Positions 6,999 to 17,325 of a stretch of 35,716 nt of DNA are shown one piece after another. The translations under genes and the position numbers were made by a program. The notes below the pieces were generated by a model. It ran no database searches, had not been told where the DNA came from, and saw nothing but the letters and a program-made list of their open reading frames with translations. The first letter of the stretch is position 1. The number at the start of each line of letters is the position of its first letter. Source of the DNA: a virus (taxonomy: Duplodnaviria > Caudoviricetes); IMG/VR virus record IMGVR_UViG_3300016476_000345, positions 1-35,716 of that record; one strand, 5' to 3'.

Positions 6999-8986
6999 TC
7001 GCCCAGAATTCCTGGCACCGCAGTCCCCGCCGTGGCGGAGTAGCCGGTAGCGCGGACTTGCTGCTGCATCGCCCGGCGCATCAGTTCATCAAGAACCGGC
7101 GTTAGGCTGCGCAAGGTCTCTTGCTGGGCCGCGAAGCTCGGGTCCAAAACGCTTCGCGTGATCTGCTCGGCCACGTTCTCATTGATGCCCTGCATACGCG
7201 GGACAGCCTGGCGCAGAAGGCCAGCACCGCCGCCAAGAACATCGCCGCGAAGCATTTGCGCGCCAGCCGAGATGATCTCAGACGGTGCGGGGCCTTCAAT
7301 CTCAGAGATTTCTTGGCCGATCCTAGCGGTCGGAGAGCCACCTTCGACCATAGAACGAGTGCGAGCCATAGCGCGCTCGCGCTGCAGGTTCTTGATGAAG
7401 TCCTCGTATTCGCCGGTCGAGTTGAAGACCAGTTTGAAACGGTCCTTCATGTTGCGGTCGTTGAGAAACTTGGACGCGACATCCGCGGTTTCACGCATTC
7501 CGTAAATCTCATCGCGCAGAGTCTGCACCGCGCCAAGGCGATACATTTGTTGCTGCCCCTCATCCTTGAGCTGCGACAGCTCGCGCTTAATCTCGGCAGG
7601 CGTCTTACGTAGGAACTTGTCGCGGCCAGCATTGAGCGCATCAAGAAGGGTCGACTCGCCAGAGAACGTGTCCAAAGCCCGGCCATAGACCGGAACCTTC
7701 TCCGTGATGGCATCCCGCAACTGCGTGCGCAGGTTATCCATGTCGCGGAAACGCTCCTTTTCGCCCGAGCGCTTAGCGGCCTCCGCCAGGTCGCCGACGT
7801 ACTTGTATGCCTTGTCCAGCATACGCATATCGTTGTCAGGCAGATCGGCAAACTCGGGCAGGCGGCGAGCGTTTGCAATAGCCTGCTGCACATCTTTCGA
7901 CTTGCGAAGGAGGTTATCCACCGCGAAGGACTCAACCAGACCAGCCTGACGCGCTTGCTCGTAAAAAGGCGTTGCGAGTAGAGACCGGCGGTTAATGATT
8001 TCCGAGGCAACCTCGTCGAGGTCCCTAGCGCCGACTGCGGTCAGGTTGGTGATGTCGCTGATGATTCGAGGGCCTGCGGCCACAGCACGCTCGGCCAGCA
8101 TCTGGCGAGCCTCAGTTTCAGCAGCCTGCGGGATTGCCATTGCGCCGCGAGCAAGGCGTTGCATACCGGGGCCAGCAATATCGGCAAGCGTTTCATCGCG
8201 GGCGCCAAGAGCGCGAACAGTCTCGGCCTGGCGGCGAGCAAGTTGCTCGGGCGTCATGCCTTCCTGAGCGATCTTCCTGGCGATGATCTCCTGCGCCTTT
8301 TGCGTCGCATCAGCGGGACGAGTGATCCGCAGTGCCTCGGCCGCGGGCTGCGCGACTGCGCGAATGGCAGTCGTCGCAACCGGCGTCGCGGCGCCAGTTG
8401 CACCACCAGTCAGGCCGCCAATCAGCCCGCCAGTAACGCGGCTTTCTAGGCCGCCTTCTGCGCCGCCTACGCCAGAGATGGCGCCAGTCGTAGCACCTGC
8501 TGCAGTGCCTCGCTTGACCTGAGACATTAGGCCAGGAACCTTGGCGGCCATCTGCCCAGTCCGAGCGCCAGTTATAGCGGCAGAGGTGCCACCAGTAAAG
8601 GGCGCCAGTGCAATGCCAGCAATGGTCGGGACAGCGCTGCCCAGCACCTCACCGCCAAGAGCGCGACCAGGATAGGCTTCTTCGTATTGCTTGATGCCCT
8701 CGCGCACTCGCGCCAGCTCCTGCTGGTAGGCCGGACCCGACACTGCGCCAGCGCGCAACGCAGCCTCGGCTTCATCCGCCAGATTGAACGTCAATCCTTG
8801 GAGGACAGAACGACCAAAGCCGGCTTCGACCGGAGGCCCGGCAAGTTTGGAGACGCGCTGCACCGCCTGCTCGTAACGAGTCGGCGTGTATCCCTCAGTC
8901 TTGAGGTATTCCGTGATCGTGTCCGCGCCTTGGCCTTGAGCCTGCAGGCGGCGGACGTTTTCCTGGATTCGCTCAATGTTGGTCAT
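6995..8986 (-). CDS. Putative internal virion / DNA ejection protein, 663 aa
   Basis: QGLTFNLADE motif, Gly/Ala-rich hydrophobic segment then long helical region; last gene of the tail module. Confidence 0.65.
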   Translation of the reverse strand: MTNIERIQENVRRLQAQGQGADTITEYLKTEGYTPTRYEQAVQRVSKLAGPPVEAGFGRSVLQGLTFNLADEAEAALRAGAVSGPAYQQELARVREGIKQYEEAYPGRALGGEVLGSAVPTIAGIALAPFTGGTSAAITGARTGQMAAKVPGLMSQVKRGTAAGATTGAISGVGGAEGGLESRVTGGLIGGLTGGATGAATPVATTAIRAVAQPAAEALRITRPADATQKAQEIIARKIAQEGMTPEQLARRQAETVRALGARDETLADIAGPGMQRLARGAMAIPQAAETEARQMLAERAVAAGPRIISDITNLTAVGARDLDEVASEIINRRSLLATPFYEQARQAGLVESFAVDNLLRKSKDVQQAIANARRLPEFADLPDNDMRMLDKAYKYVGDLAEAAKRSGEKERFRDMDNLRTQLRDAITEKVPVYGRALDTFSGESTLLDALNAGRDKFLRKTPAEIKRELSQLKDEGQQQMYRLGAVQTLRDEIYGMRETADVASKFLNDRNMKDRFKLVFNSTGEYEDFIKNLQRERAMARTRSMVEGGSPTARIGQEISEIEGPAPSEIISAGAQMLRGDVLGGGAGLLRQAVPRMQGINENVAEQITRSVLDPSFAAQQETLRSLTPVLDELMRRAMQQQVRATGYSATAGTAVPGILGD

Positions 8987-8994
8987 GTCTGCCC

Positions 8995-10653
8995 TTAACG
9001 CGGGATGAGGTTAAAACGTTCAAAGAACGAGCCACTAGACGGACGCGCAGGCGCCGCGGGTGCTGCTGGAGTTGCGCCGCGAATGATCTCCTCCGGTTTC
9101 TTGACTCGCTTAAACGGGTCAAAAACGATGGCGTCGGGGTTCAGTTTGTACTGACTGGCGAGGTTCTTGTAGCGGTCAATCACATCGTTTGACAGCTCTC
9201 GCTGAGACTCAATCAGATTTCGCGCTTGGCTCAGGAAGTCTGCGCGGACATTCTCGCCAAGACGCTGCCCATTAATGGCGCGGTTGTAAATGTTCCTCAC
9301 CGCATCAGGCACCCCGCCAGCATTAGCCGCCGTGGCGAATTCACCTTCACGGACAACAGAGCCCGGGTCCAAGATCTTCATGTATCCATAAACAAGAGAG
9401 ATATCGCCTGCGCCACTAGGATTCTTGGCGGCACTCTCAATCTTTTGGAACGCTTGGCTCAACTCCACGTAAGGCTTCATCGCAGTCGTGAATTCTGCGC
9501 GCATATCCTTCTCATTCTGGAACACCTTACCAGTGCCCGGAATGATCGGTTGCGGACCAGCAGCAGCCGCCGCCGCTGGCGCCACTGCAGCGGCCCGAGG
9601 CGCAGCCGCGCCGGGCCCAGCCGCTGCAGGCGCAGCCGCCGGTGCTGCGGCAGGTGCAGCACCGCCAGCAGCAGGGGCTGCGCGGCCACCGGCGCCGCCA
9701 ACGACGAAGTAGCCGGACTCTGCGCCGCCAACGACTTGCGGGGCGAGAGTCTTGGCGAGAGCAGATCCAGGACGAACCGCATTCATGTCCACGAATTGGA
9801 TCTGCCCACCAACGTCGACGCGCTCAATCTTGCGGGGCGGTCCAAACTGCTCGACGGTCTGGAAGCTGCCATCGTCATAGCGCTGCACCAAAACCTGCCG
9901 ACCAGTGGCGGCCTCGCTAACCACCTGCGGATCACCAACAGGCTTAGAAGCAGGCTCATACTCTTTCGGCATCGGAATAAACGTACCGGCTTTGGTACGC
10001 ATTACATAGCCGCTCTGAGTCTTGATCGGTTCGCCGACGATCTCGGGACGAGACGGAGCCAGCGACTCGGCAATGTCCATGAATCGCTTGGCTTCCTCGC
10101 CCTTGCCGCTAGCGGCATACACATCAGCGACCTGGCGGTACTGCTGCGCACGCAACTCATTCGGCGACAACTGCGCTGCAGGTGCCGCAGGCGCAGCAGC
10201 TCGCGGCTGGCCAATCAGAGCCGCGCGCTCCACCGTCGGGCCTGCCGCCATGCCGGGAGCAGCAAGCGCCTCCTCGGGCGTCACCTCGCCAGCCGCAGCG
10301 GGCGCAGGCGCCGCCGCGGCAGGACCGCCAGCCAGAATGCGGGCAATGTTGGCCTGCAGCGTTTGGGCGCGTTTGGCTTCATCGAGCTTCTGGCGGGTCA
10401 GCATCTGCGTCAGCGCAGACTCGGTGCCCTTTTGCATTCCAGCCTGACCTGCCGCGAAGGCTGAGCCCAGCGCCTGGCCGAGCGTCGTGCGAGTGGTAGA
10501 AGGCCCAGCGGCCTGAAGCAAAGCTGCAGCGGCCGAGAGGGCGCCCTGCTGGCGAATCGCGGCGCGCTGCTCAGGAGTGAGCAAGTCGTCGAGTGCGTTG
10601 GTGCCGCCAAGGGCAGAGCCGAGCAGGCCGCCAAAGTCGAAGGACGTTGCCAT
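8995..10653 (-). CDS. Putative internal virion / DNA ejection protein, 552 aa
   Basis: Ala/Gly-rich N-terminus, Ala-Pro linkers, C-terminal YMKILDPGSVVREGEF domain. Confidence 0.65.
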   Translation of the reverse strand: MATSFDFGGLLGSALGGTNALDDLLTPEQRAAIRQQGALSAAAALLQAAGPSTTRTTLGQALGSAFAAGQAGMQKGTESALTQMLTRQKLDEAKRAQTLQANIARILAGGPAAAAPAPAAAGEVTPEEALAAPGMAAGPTVERAALIGQPRAAAPAAPAAQLSPNELRAQQYRQVADVYAASGKGEEAKRFMDIAESLAPSRPEIVGEPIKTQSGYVMRTKAGTFIPMPKEYEPASKPVGDPQVVSEAATGRQVLVQRYDDGSFQTVEQFGPPRKIERVDVGGQIQFVDMNAVRPGSALAKTLAPQVVGGAESGYFVVGGAGGRAAPAAGGAAPAAAPAAAPAAAGPGAAAPRAAAVAPAAAAAAGPQPIIPGTGKVFQNEKDMRAEFTTAMKPYVELSQAFQKIESAAKNPSGAGDISLVYGYMKILDPGSVVREGEFATAANAGGVPDAVRNIYNRAINGQRLGENVRADFLSQARNLIESQRELSNDVIDRYKNLASQYKLNPDAIVFDPFKRVKKPEEIIRGATPAAPAAPARPSSGSFFERFNLIPR

Positions 10654-10662
10654 ATTGTTCCC

Positions 10663-11412
10663 TTACAGAAGGCCCAGAATCGCGCCGATGCCAGCCCCGA
10701 TGCCGGTTCCAATGCCGGGCACAACGCTACCAAGCTGCGCACCGGCGAGTGCGCCGCCAAGAGCGCCCGCGCCCTGGTTGCGGTACAGAGGCGTCGACTG
10801 CGTCATGCCCAGATTTGGCAAGCTAGCGCCGAGGCCGGATTGGGCAATGCCCAGGCGCTCGAGGCCGATGTTGCGCAGGGCGTCAAGCTGCTGCTGCGAG
10901 AACTGCTGACGGGCACCGCCAAGGCCCATGACGTCCATCGCACCCTGGCGTTGCAGGGCACGCGCCTGCTGCGCAAGTTGCGCGGCTTGGCCATAGCCCT
11001 GCTGGCGCAGATTGGCGGCAGCCGTTGTCGCCTGGCGCAGAGCCGCCTGATTGGTCAGTGCCTGCTGCACGCCCTGGCGTGAGCCGCCAAAGGCGCGTGC
11101 CGCGGTGGCGCGCTGCGCCTCAGCAATCTGCCCCATGCGCCGCTGGTCTTCGATGTCCTGCAGCGTCTGCTGAACGACTTGCTGCTCGTACGGATTCTGG
11201 AATGCGCTGATCTCTTCGCCCGTAAACGGGGTCAGACTCACGTTAGTGAGTTGACGTTCGCCAGCCTGATACAACGGGTTGAATCCAGCGAACTGACGAG
11301 CCGGAAGCGCAGCCGCCACGCCACGTGCCTGCTGCAGATTCTGCAGATAGGCTTGCTTGATGTCCGGATCAATCTCGGTCCGGGTGGTCTGGGTTCCGCC
11401 GCTACTAGACAT
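10663..11412 (-). CDS. Putative DNA ejection (pilot-like) protein (start MSSSGG)
   Basis: Gln/Ala-rich, NPY and AFGGSRQ motifs, C-terminal glycine zipper. Confidence 0.7.
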   Translation of the reverse strand: MSSSGGTQTTRTEIDPDIKQAYLQNLQQARGVAAALPARQFAGFNPLYQAGERQLTNVSLTPFTGEEISAFQNPYEQQVVQQTLQDIEDQRRMGQIAEAQRATAARAFGGSRQGVQQALTNQAALRQATTAAANLRQQGYGQAAQLAQQARALQRQGAMDVMGLGGARQQFSQQQLDALRNIGLERLGIAQSGLGASLPNLGMTQSTPLYRNQGAGALGGALAGAQLGSVVPGIGTGIGAGIGAILGLL

Positions 11413-12445
11413 TTTGCAGGCTCCGAGTTTGGTTGATCTCACCAATGAGTTTGCACATCTGCAAACCGCGCTTCATCAGGAAGCGGCCAAACCAGCCGCT
11501 CTTAACCTTGACGCCCATCTCTTCGGCCATTGCTACGGACCAAGGTGTGGCGATGGTGTGAACGATACCAACCACAGCTTTGCCGATCCAGTCTTCGCGG
11601 CTCATCCAGCGAACGACGTGGCGGGCCCAGAGGGCATAACCAGCATACGTCTCGGGATGCTGCTTTGCCATCAAGGCGCCGAAGGCTTGGTCCGCAACAA
11701 AGATGTCCTCGGGCATCTTGCCGAGGTGGTAGAGCTTGGTGCAGATCATCTTGCTGCCACCACCGCCGCCGCCGTCTCCACCACCGCCATCGGTAGGGCC
11801 AACGACTTCGCCATAAGAGCCGTATCCGCCGTCAATGGCGTCCGGTGCGGGAGCGGAGGGCGCGACGTTTTCACCGTAAGAGCCAAAGCCGCCAGCGTCG
11901 TAGCCGGTCGTAACCGTTGCGGCCTCAGCGGGCTGGTTCATCGAGCTTTCAAGATAGCCACTCAAAGCCTGGTTGATGTTGGCCTGCTCTTGAGGCGACA
12001 AGCTCACCATGCCGAACGGGTCAATGCCCTTGGCAATCATTTGCTGCTGTTGCACGAAGTTCGGGACCATCGCGTTTTGCAATGCGCCAAGCCCGGTCAT
12101 GCCGAACAGGCCCTGCCCAAGTTGCGTGATATTCGCCATCATCGGATTGGCGGCGTAGTAGGCGGCCTGCTGAGAAGGCGTCAGATTGCCCCAAGCGGAG
12201 TTACCGTCGCCAGGAGATGCGGCGCCGATGCCAGCGTCATACAGCAGGCCAGTGCGCACGGCCTGGGGGATAGCGGCCATCGAGGCAGACGGCGGGTTGT
12301 AGATGCTGGGGTCATAGCCGCCAAGCATCCCAGGAGCGAATGTTCCCATGCCACCAGCCGGAAGCTGCAGATCCTGCGCATACTGAGCCATCAGCCGCGA
12401 ATAGATGTCATCTTCGCCGGTGTAGTAGGGTAGTCGTGTTGCCAT
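11405..12445 (-). CDS. Virion-associated protein with low-complexity N-terminus, Gly linker and KMICT C-terminal domain
   Basis: 346 aa in the ejection-protein block. Confidence 0.65.
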   Translation of the reverse strand: MATRLPYYTGEDDIYSRLMAQYAQDLQLPAGGMGTFAPGMLGGYDPSIYNPPSASMAAIPQAVRTGLLYDAGIGAASPGDGNSAWGNLTPSQQAAYYAANPMMANITQLGQGLFGMTGLGALQNAMVPNFVQQQQMIAKGIDPFGMVSLSPQEQANINQALSGYLESSMNQPAEAATVTTGYDAGGFGSYGENVAPSAPAPDAIDGGYGSYGEVVGPTDGGGGDGGGGGGSKMICTKLYHLGKMPEDIFVADQAFGALMAKQHPETYAGYALWARHVVRWMSREDWIGKAVVGIVHTIATPWSVAMAEEMGVKVKSGWFGRFLMKRGLQMCKLIGEINQTRSLQNV

Positions 12446-12446
12446 C

Positions 12447-12815
12447 TCAAAGCTCCTTGCTCGCTATGAACCATCGCGGCGCATAGCCTTCGTCCTTCAA
12501 AAAGGTACGTTCCCAGCCTCTACGGCCAGCGAACTTAGCCCTCGCGCAACCATGTCGTTTCGCCCAAGCCTCGACGTATGGTCGCATGATCTTGAGTTCA
12601 TCTAGGTCGCCGCCAGCCAAGAAGCAATGAAGCTCTTTCAGTCGCGGATGGACAATGATCTCGGTTATCGCTGCGGCATTGGGCGCGGGCCAAAATTGGT
12701 ATCTGCCCTCGCGTACACCCTCCGCAATGTCCTCGATTTCGTGGGTCCCTCCAGAGTATTCTAGCGCCGCCTCAAGGTATTTGGCGCATCTTTGAAACTC
12801 TGCTTCGTCCATCAC
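12447..12815 (-). CDS. GNAT-fold-like podovirus protein
   Basis: LHCFLAGGDL...AWAKRHGC...GRRGW; position between tail and ejection genes. Confidence 0.6.
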   Translation of the reverse strand: MMDEAEFQRCAKYLEAALEYSGGTHEIEDIAEGVREGRYQFWPAPNAAAITEIIVHPRLKELHCFLAGGDLDELKIMRPYVEAWAKRHGCARAKFAGRRGWERTFLKDEGYAPRWFIASKEL

Positions 12816-14293
12816 CGTTTACCTGCGGCGATAGCTTCCATTCGCGGCACGCCCACCCGCCAGTCCTCTAGGACTGCTCCGGTATAACGAACCTTGACCT
12901 GGCGGCCGGAAAACCGGACATCGGTAGGCTGCGAGGCGGTGTAGGGGCCGAAGGTCGTCTCGGTGGCCATCGGATAGCTGCGGACCTTGAACGAAACCTG
13001 AACCTCGCCTAGAGTCTGCTCATCCGGCACCAGCTGGAGGACCGACATCGTCTGATCGCCGTTGCCCAGCTCAAGCGGCCCGGACTCAGCAAAAGGCACC
13101 GCCGAATCGTAAGCGTAGCCCACCTCGTGCTCGTAAACGTAGCCGTCAGCCGAGACCATCAGCGGGTTAGCGAAAACGCCGCGATCGGTGCCCGCCGTGC
13201 GCGCCAAGTCGCCAATCGCCCAGTGATTCTCGCGGTAGTTGTATACAACATAAGAATCATTTTCGTTGGAGGCGCCAGACGGGTAGAACCACCAGATCTC
13301 GCCGTACTTGCTATTGTTCACAGCGTAGATCTTGCTCGCTTGCGTGTAGTTGATGTCCTGAAAAACGAAGTCCGCCACATCGCAGGCCAAAGACTTGACG
13401 TAGCCGTCATACGTCCAGAATCCAGAGCGCGACATCCAGATCGCCGCCGTCTCAATGGCCGCCACGGCTTGAGAAGAAATCACGCCACAGGCAGACCCAA
13501 CCTTCTCAAACGAGAAGACGTAGGGTAAACCCACGTATGTGGCGGTATGGACGTCGACATCAGTGAAAAGGATGTTCACGCCGCGGACGCGCTTGCCGCA
13601 TTTCAGATCGCCAACAGTCGTCAGCTCGAAGTCGCCCGCCTGGTTATCGGCTGCAGGCGTCCATACAGTATTGTTCTCCTGATCGCACCACTGCACCTTG
13701 CGGGTATTGCCGCCGGCGCCCAGCGCGAGGATGAACCGTTCCGCGGTCGTCATGATCGCTTCATTACCGGTCGGGGCATTGGTGATCGCGGCCGCCAGCG
13801 TCGGGGTGGAGAAGCCCAACTGCCACTCGTAGATTTTGCCATCGGCATTGGAACAGGCCACCAGATACTCGCCCCAGGTATCCATGCTCCAGGTCGTCGC
13901 TGGCGTAGAGCTACCAGTATCGGGCCGCGGCACGCCGTAAGCGTAGGAGCCGTAAGGACCATAACCAAACCCGGTCTTGCTCACCCCATCAGCAGCACCA
14001 GCGGTAAAACCGGTCGGGGTGATGTCCTTGAGCGTACCCGCCTCATTCATGGCGTACAGCTTGGAATGAGTGCCAGCGGCAATCCAGCGGTTCCCGCTGT
14101 TGTCTCGCCAGTTAATGAACCCGCGGCACATCCCGGTGAGCTGCGAGGTGGAGCGTTTACGCCAGCCGCCAACAGGACGCATCGTTCCCTCGAACCATCG
14201 GACTAGGGAGGCGTCATAGTACCGGCCAGCCGACTGATATTCGGTGCCGTTGCGGTACACGCCGGGAGGAATTTGCAGCTTGATGTAGGGCAT
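12812..14293 (-). CDS. Tail tube/stabilisation protein (P22 gp10-like)
   Basis: Beta-propeller-like 493 aa; EIWWFYPS, YNYRENHWAIG, ESGPLELG. Confidence 0.7.
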   Translation of the reverse strand: MPYIKLQIPPGVYRNGTEYQSAGRYYDASLVRWFEGTMRPVGGWRKRSTSQLTGMCRGFINWRDNSGNRWIAAGTHSKLYAMNEAGTLKDITPTGFTAGAADGVSKTGFGYGPYGSYAYGVPRPDTGSSTPATTWSMDTWGEYLVACSNADGKIYEWQLGFSTPTLAAAITNAPTGNEAIMTTAERFILALGAGGNTRKVQWCDQENNTVWTPAADNQAGDFELTTVGDLKCGKRVRGVNILFTDVDVHTATYVGLPYVFSFEKVGSACGVISSQAVAAIETAAIWMSRSGFWTYDGYVKSLACDVADFVFQDINYTQASKIYAVNNSKYGEIWWFYPSGASNENDSYVVYNYRENHWAIGDLARTAGTDRGVFANPLMVSADGYVYEHEVGYAYDSAVPFAESGPLELGNGDQTMSVLQLVPDEQTLGEVQVSFKVRSYPMATETTFGPYTASQPTDVRFSGRQVKVRYTGAVLEDWRVGVPRMEAIAAGKR

Positions 14294-14295
14294 GG

Positions 14296-15180
14296 TCAGG
14301 CCGATCTGTTGGAGACAAACGACACAGTCAGGATGATAGACGGAGTCGCAGGAATTGCGGGAGTCGTGCCACTTGCCGAGACAGCATCGAAATGCTCAAC
14401 GCTTACGCCGGAGTCAGACACGCGCCACATCAGCTCGACGTAATCGTCTTTCTGCATCTCAACGAAAAAGTTCATCGCAGCAATGGTCTGACTAGGCGAC
14501 CCGGTAGACTTTCTCGGTTTCAGGCCGAAAACGCTGTTCGAGTTGGCGATGTCTGTCCCATTCTTGCGGAACCAGATGGATGCGTCCTGCGCGTCGTTTG
14601 TAGTGTTGACAAACTGCGCGCTGAATTGGAAGTTGTAAATGCCGTCTTGGGCGACCTGAATTTTCGATGGCAGATCTCCCGTCATGGCCGTGGAGGTGAC
14701 AATCTGAGACGCAGAGACGGTGTATGTTCCCGCGCCGCCAGTCGTACCAGTTAGCTGGGAGACGATCCTAGTGCCTGCCGTCACGCCAGTGCCGGTGATC
14801 TGCATTGACGGATAAATCGCACCAGCGGAAATGGCGGAGACCGTCAGCGTCGTGGTGACGATTGAGCCAGTGAAGGCGGCAGTGCGCGAGACCAGCGTCA
14901 CACCATTGCTGAAATCGGTCGTGTTGTAGCGGAAGTAATACGCGACCGCGGTAGAGCCGTCGGTCTGGTCCGTCGAGTCCTGGAAGGCGCCATAAGGCGC
15001 ATTGAGGTATTTTCCACCTCGAGGCCCGAAGAGAGCCGCCAATGAATTGAGCAGCCTCGTAAAGAATGTGCGCAGGACGCCATTGGTCTGATCGACATAG
15101 CCGCGGTCGTAGACTTGCGGCGCGGAGCCCAGATCTGGCGGCGCCGGAGTCTGCACTTGTTGGTTGAGGTTCGTCGCCAC
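14296..15180 (-). CDS. Tail/virion protein with C1q/BclA-like C-terminal jelly-roll
   Basis: [25 protein letters not shown]; internal Thr/Gly-rich module. Confidence 0.6.
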   Translation of the reverse strand: MATNLNQQVQTPAPPDLGSAPQVYDRGYVDQTNGVLRTFFTRLLNSLAALFGPRGGKYLNAPYGAFQDSTDQTDGSTAVAYYFRYNTTDFSNGVTLVSRTAAFTGSIVTTTLTVSAISAGAIYPSMQITGTGVTAGTRIVSQLTGTTGGAGTYTVSASQIVTSTAMTGDLPSKIQVAQDGIYNFQFSAQFVNTTNDAQDASIWFRKNGTDIANSNSVFGLKPRKSTGSPSQTIAAMNFFVEMQKDDYVELMWRVSDSGVSVEHFDAVSASGTTPAIPATPSIILTVSFVSNRSA

Positions 15181-15183
15181 TTG

Positions 15184-15699
15184 TTAATCCTCCAGACCAG
15201 ACAAGAACAGGGCCTTTTCTGCTTCGCGGCGTTTTACGAGACCCGGCAACACCTTGCCACCGCCCTTGGTCCAGTCCATAAGGGCCTCTGCAGCACCAGC
15301 CCAATCGCCACGATTCGCCTTGATGCGAATTTGGCTGCGCTGCAGGTTGCCTAGCCCAGCATTGAAGGCAAAAGAGACCAGAGCGTCGAAAGCTCCTTGA
15401 CGGCCATGTACCCCGGGAACAAGACGTAGAACACCCCGTTCAAAACTTGCGATGTCAGTTGCGAATAGCTGATTGATCTCTTCCTTGGACCAGACACGGT
15501 TATCTCCTTCCGCCAGTGGATACTCCTTGCGGATCTGCACGCTCTCGCCATCCTTGCGCGTCATCGGAAGACGGATCTGCTGCTGATACAGCACGTGGCC
15601 GTAACCAATCGTCCAGATGTGCGCCGGGCAAAGGTATGGCCTATTCCTGCACCCCTCGTAGCGGTGCATCAACTCGGCGCCAGCGTGGCTTAGCTTCAC
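15184..15699 (-). CDS. Endolysin, GH24 phage lysozyme
   Basis: E-x8-C-x5-T (YEGCRNRPYLCPAHIWTIGYGH), FDALVSFAFNAG, GLVKRREAE. Confidence 0.93.
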   Translation of the reverse strand: MKLSHAGAELMHRYEGCRNRPYLCPAHIWTIGYGHVLYQQQIRLPMTRKDGESVQIRKEYPLAEGDNRVWSKEEINQLFATDIASFERGVLRLVPGVHGRQGAFDALVSFAFNAGLGNLQRSQIRIKANRGDWAGAAEALMDWTKGGGKVLPGLVKRREAEKALFLSGLED

Positions 15700-16199
15700 T
15701 TCTTAAAGCCCCGCGACCCAAACCAAAATCCTAGTATGGATCCAAGCATCGCCATCTCTTCACCGCTGAAAATCATTTCGGCGTACTTGATGACGTCGTC
15801 GATGTTCTTGATGAGTTCAGGGTGATTCCACATATAGATAGCCATGAACGCATTGATCGCCAGCAACTCCAGCACGAACAGGTAAGTGACCGTCGGCCGC
15901 ACCGTGCCGATATAGTTCGCCACCCACTTTGAGGCTGACTTCAGGACCTGCTTGTCATGGTCCAACGCTGCCTGCGTCATCGCCGCCTCGGTCTGCATAG
16001 CGATTTGGTCGCTGCGAATCTCCTCGACCTTGGCCTGGGCCGCGAAGCCCAAAGCAGCAAGCTCCTTCTCGCGCTCCGTCTGGACGCGAGCTAGTTCCAG
16101 CTCGTGCTTGTGGTCCTGCTTAGACTGGAAGTAGTCCAGCAGTTTCGGCAGGCCGCCGAGGAGAATGCCGCCAAGAGTAGAAAGCAAAGAGAGCATCAC
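15696..16199 (-). CDS. Holin-like membrane protein (3TM/GTA-holin-like)
   Basis: TM segments, VRP motif, GFWFGSR end; coupled to the lysozyme. Confidence 0.6.
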   Translation of the reverse strand: MMLSLLSTLGGILLGGLPKLLDYFQSKQDHKHELELARVQTEREKELAALGFAAQAKVEEIRSDQIAMQTEAAMTQAALDHDKQVLKSASKWVANYIGTVRPTVTYLFVLELLAINAFMAIYMWNHPELIKNIDDVIKYAEMIFSGEEMAMLGSILGFWFGSRGFKK

Positions 16200-16675
16200 A
16201 TCACCATTGCGTTAAAGAGAAGGACAAAGCCGAAGATGCCAACAACAACGCTAGCGTAGAGCAGCGGCATCATGACGGCCAGGATCGCGGCACTGGACAG
16301 GACGATAGCGAGCTGCAGTGCCATGCCCGCATACGAGAACCACGGGCTGCGGTTCTTGGCGACATCGCGCTCAAACTCAGCTGCCTTTGCTTTCTCGCTG
16401 ATCTCGTCCATATCCTTCTTCTGCTTGGCGGCCTTGTCCGCTTTGCCGGCCTCCTCGTAGATGACCGAGCGAATATTCTTGGCCTGATACCAGGCCCAGA
16501 GGTTATTGGCCTCGATGGTTTTGCCCAGCACTCGGCTGGAATTGCTTCCGCCAAAGTAACCGTTGATCGCCAGCAGCAGGGCGAAGATGGAAATGGTGAT
16601 CGCAGCCCACGCCTTCACGTAAGCCTCACGCTCGGAGCGGCTGGCGGTGGCTGACGGTTTGGCGGGGAAGTTCAT
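16196..16675 (-). CDS. DUF4337-like membrane protein
   Basis: TM-ANNLWAWYQAKNIR-coiled coil-LQLAIVLSS-TM pattern. Confidence 0.65.
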   Translation of the reverse strand: MNFPAKPSATASRSEREAYVKAWAAITISIFALLLAINGYFGGSNSSRVLGKTIEANNLWAWYQAKNIRSVIYEEAGKADKAAKQKKDMDEISEKAKAAEFERDVAKNRSPWFSYAGMALQLAIVLSSAAILAVMMPLLYASVVVGIFGFVLLFNAMVM

Positions 16676-16842
16676 AGTCCTAGCTTCTTGAAAATGGCTG
16701 CGAAGATTTTGTTTGCGATGTCTGGTGGCAGAGTGATGATGAAATCAAAAGCGTAGTTGGCGAAGATTAGGTAAGCAATGACCCGGATGAACTTGTCCAG
16801 CGCCTTGAAGGCCACTGACGCCGGATCATTGTCATCGTCCAC
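16672..16842 (-). CDS. Small membrane protein, 56 aa (not in ORF track)
   Basis: GTG start; MDDDNDPASVAFKALDKFIRVIAYLIFANYAFDFIITLPPDIANKIFAAIFKKLGL; fills the gap with ATGA coupling. Confidence 0.6.
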   Translation of the reverse strand: MDDDNDPASVAFKALDKFIRVIAYLIFANYAFDFIITLPPDIANKIFAAIFKKLGL

Positions 16843-16843
16843 A

Positions 16844-17323
16844 TCAGAAGCCTCCGGTGATTATTTGAACTACAACCCAGCCCACCGCGCCGACCAGCAC
16901 GGCGCCTACAGCTACCGCTATGCCAAGCTCACGCGCTTCTTTGGCGGCCCTCTTACGGCGGATCTCGGCGAGCTTCTCCTGCTCGGCCTCGGCCTTGTCG
17001 GCCGCGTTCATCTCAGCCTCGCGCTTCTTGATGGCCTGCCAGACGTCCATATTGTTGGACGAGAAGAAGAGACCCTGCACCTCGCGCTCGAAGTCGGCGG
17101 CGGCCTTGAGTGCCATCTCGATCTGCATGGCGGCACCAAGGTTAGATCCGCCTTTCTTCTTCGCCTGGCGAGCCGCCTTGATGGCGGTACTCTTCGCGTC
17201 GAAATAGTTGCCCAGCAGCGGCCCGAGCTGGGCAACATCATTGGCCGTCTGCGAGGCCATCTTGACCATCTTGACCGCCTTCTGTACGGCGGCAAGCGCC
17301 TCCATCGGGTCGATCATTATCAT
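16844..17323 (-). CDS. Coiled-coil protein with C-terminal TM helix
   Basis: MIDP start, helical, C-terminal hydrophobic segment; in the lysis block. Confidence 0.7.
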   Translation of the reverse strand: MIMIDPMEALAAVQKAVKMVKMASQTANDVAQLGPLLGNYFDAKSTAIKAARQAKKKGGSNLGAAMQIEMALKAAADFEREVQGLFFSSNNMDVWQAIKKREAEMNAADKAEAEQEKLAEIRRKRAAKEARELGIAVAVGAVLVGAVGWVVVQIITGGF

Positions 17324-17325
17324 GG

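Noticed and set aside
9560-9700. GCC/GCA-rich repeats
   Set aside because: Explained by an Ala/Pro linker in the ejection protein
9226-10464. 412-aa plus-strand ORF
   Set aside because: Antisense shadow of a real high-GC gene; Arg/Ser-rich, no motifs
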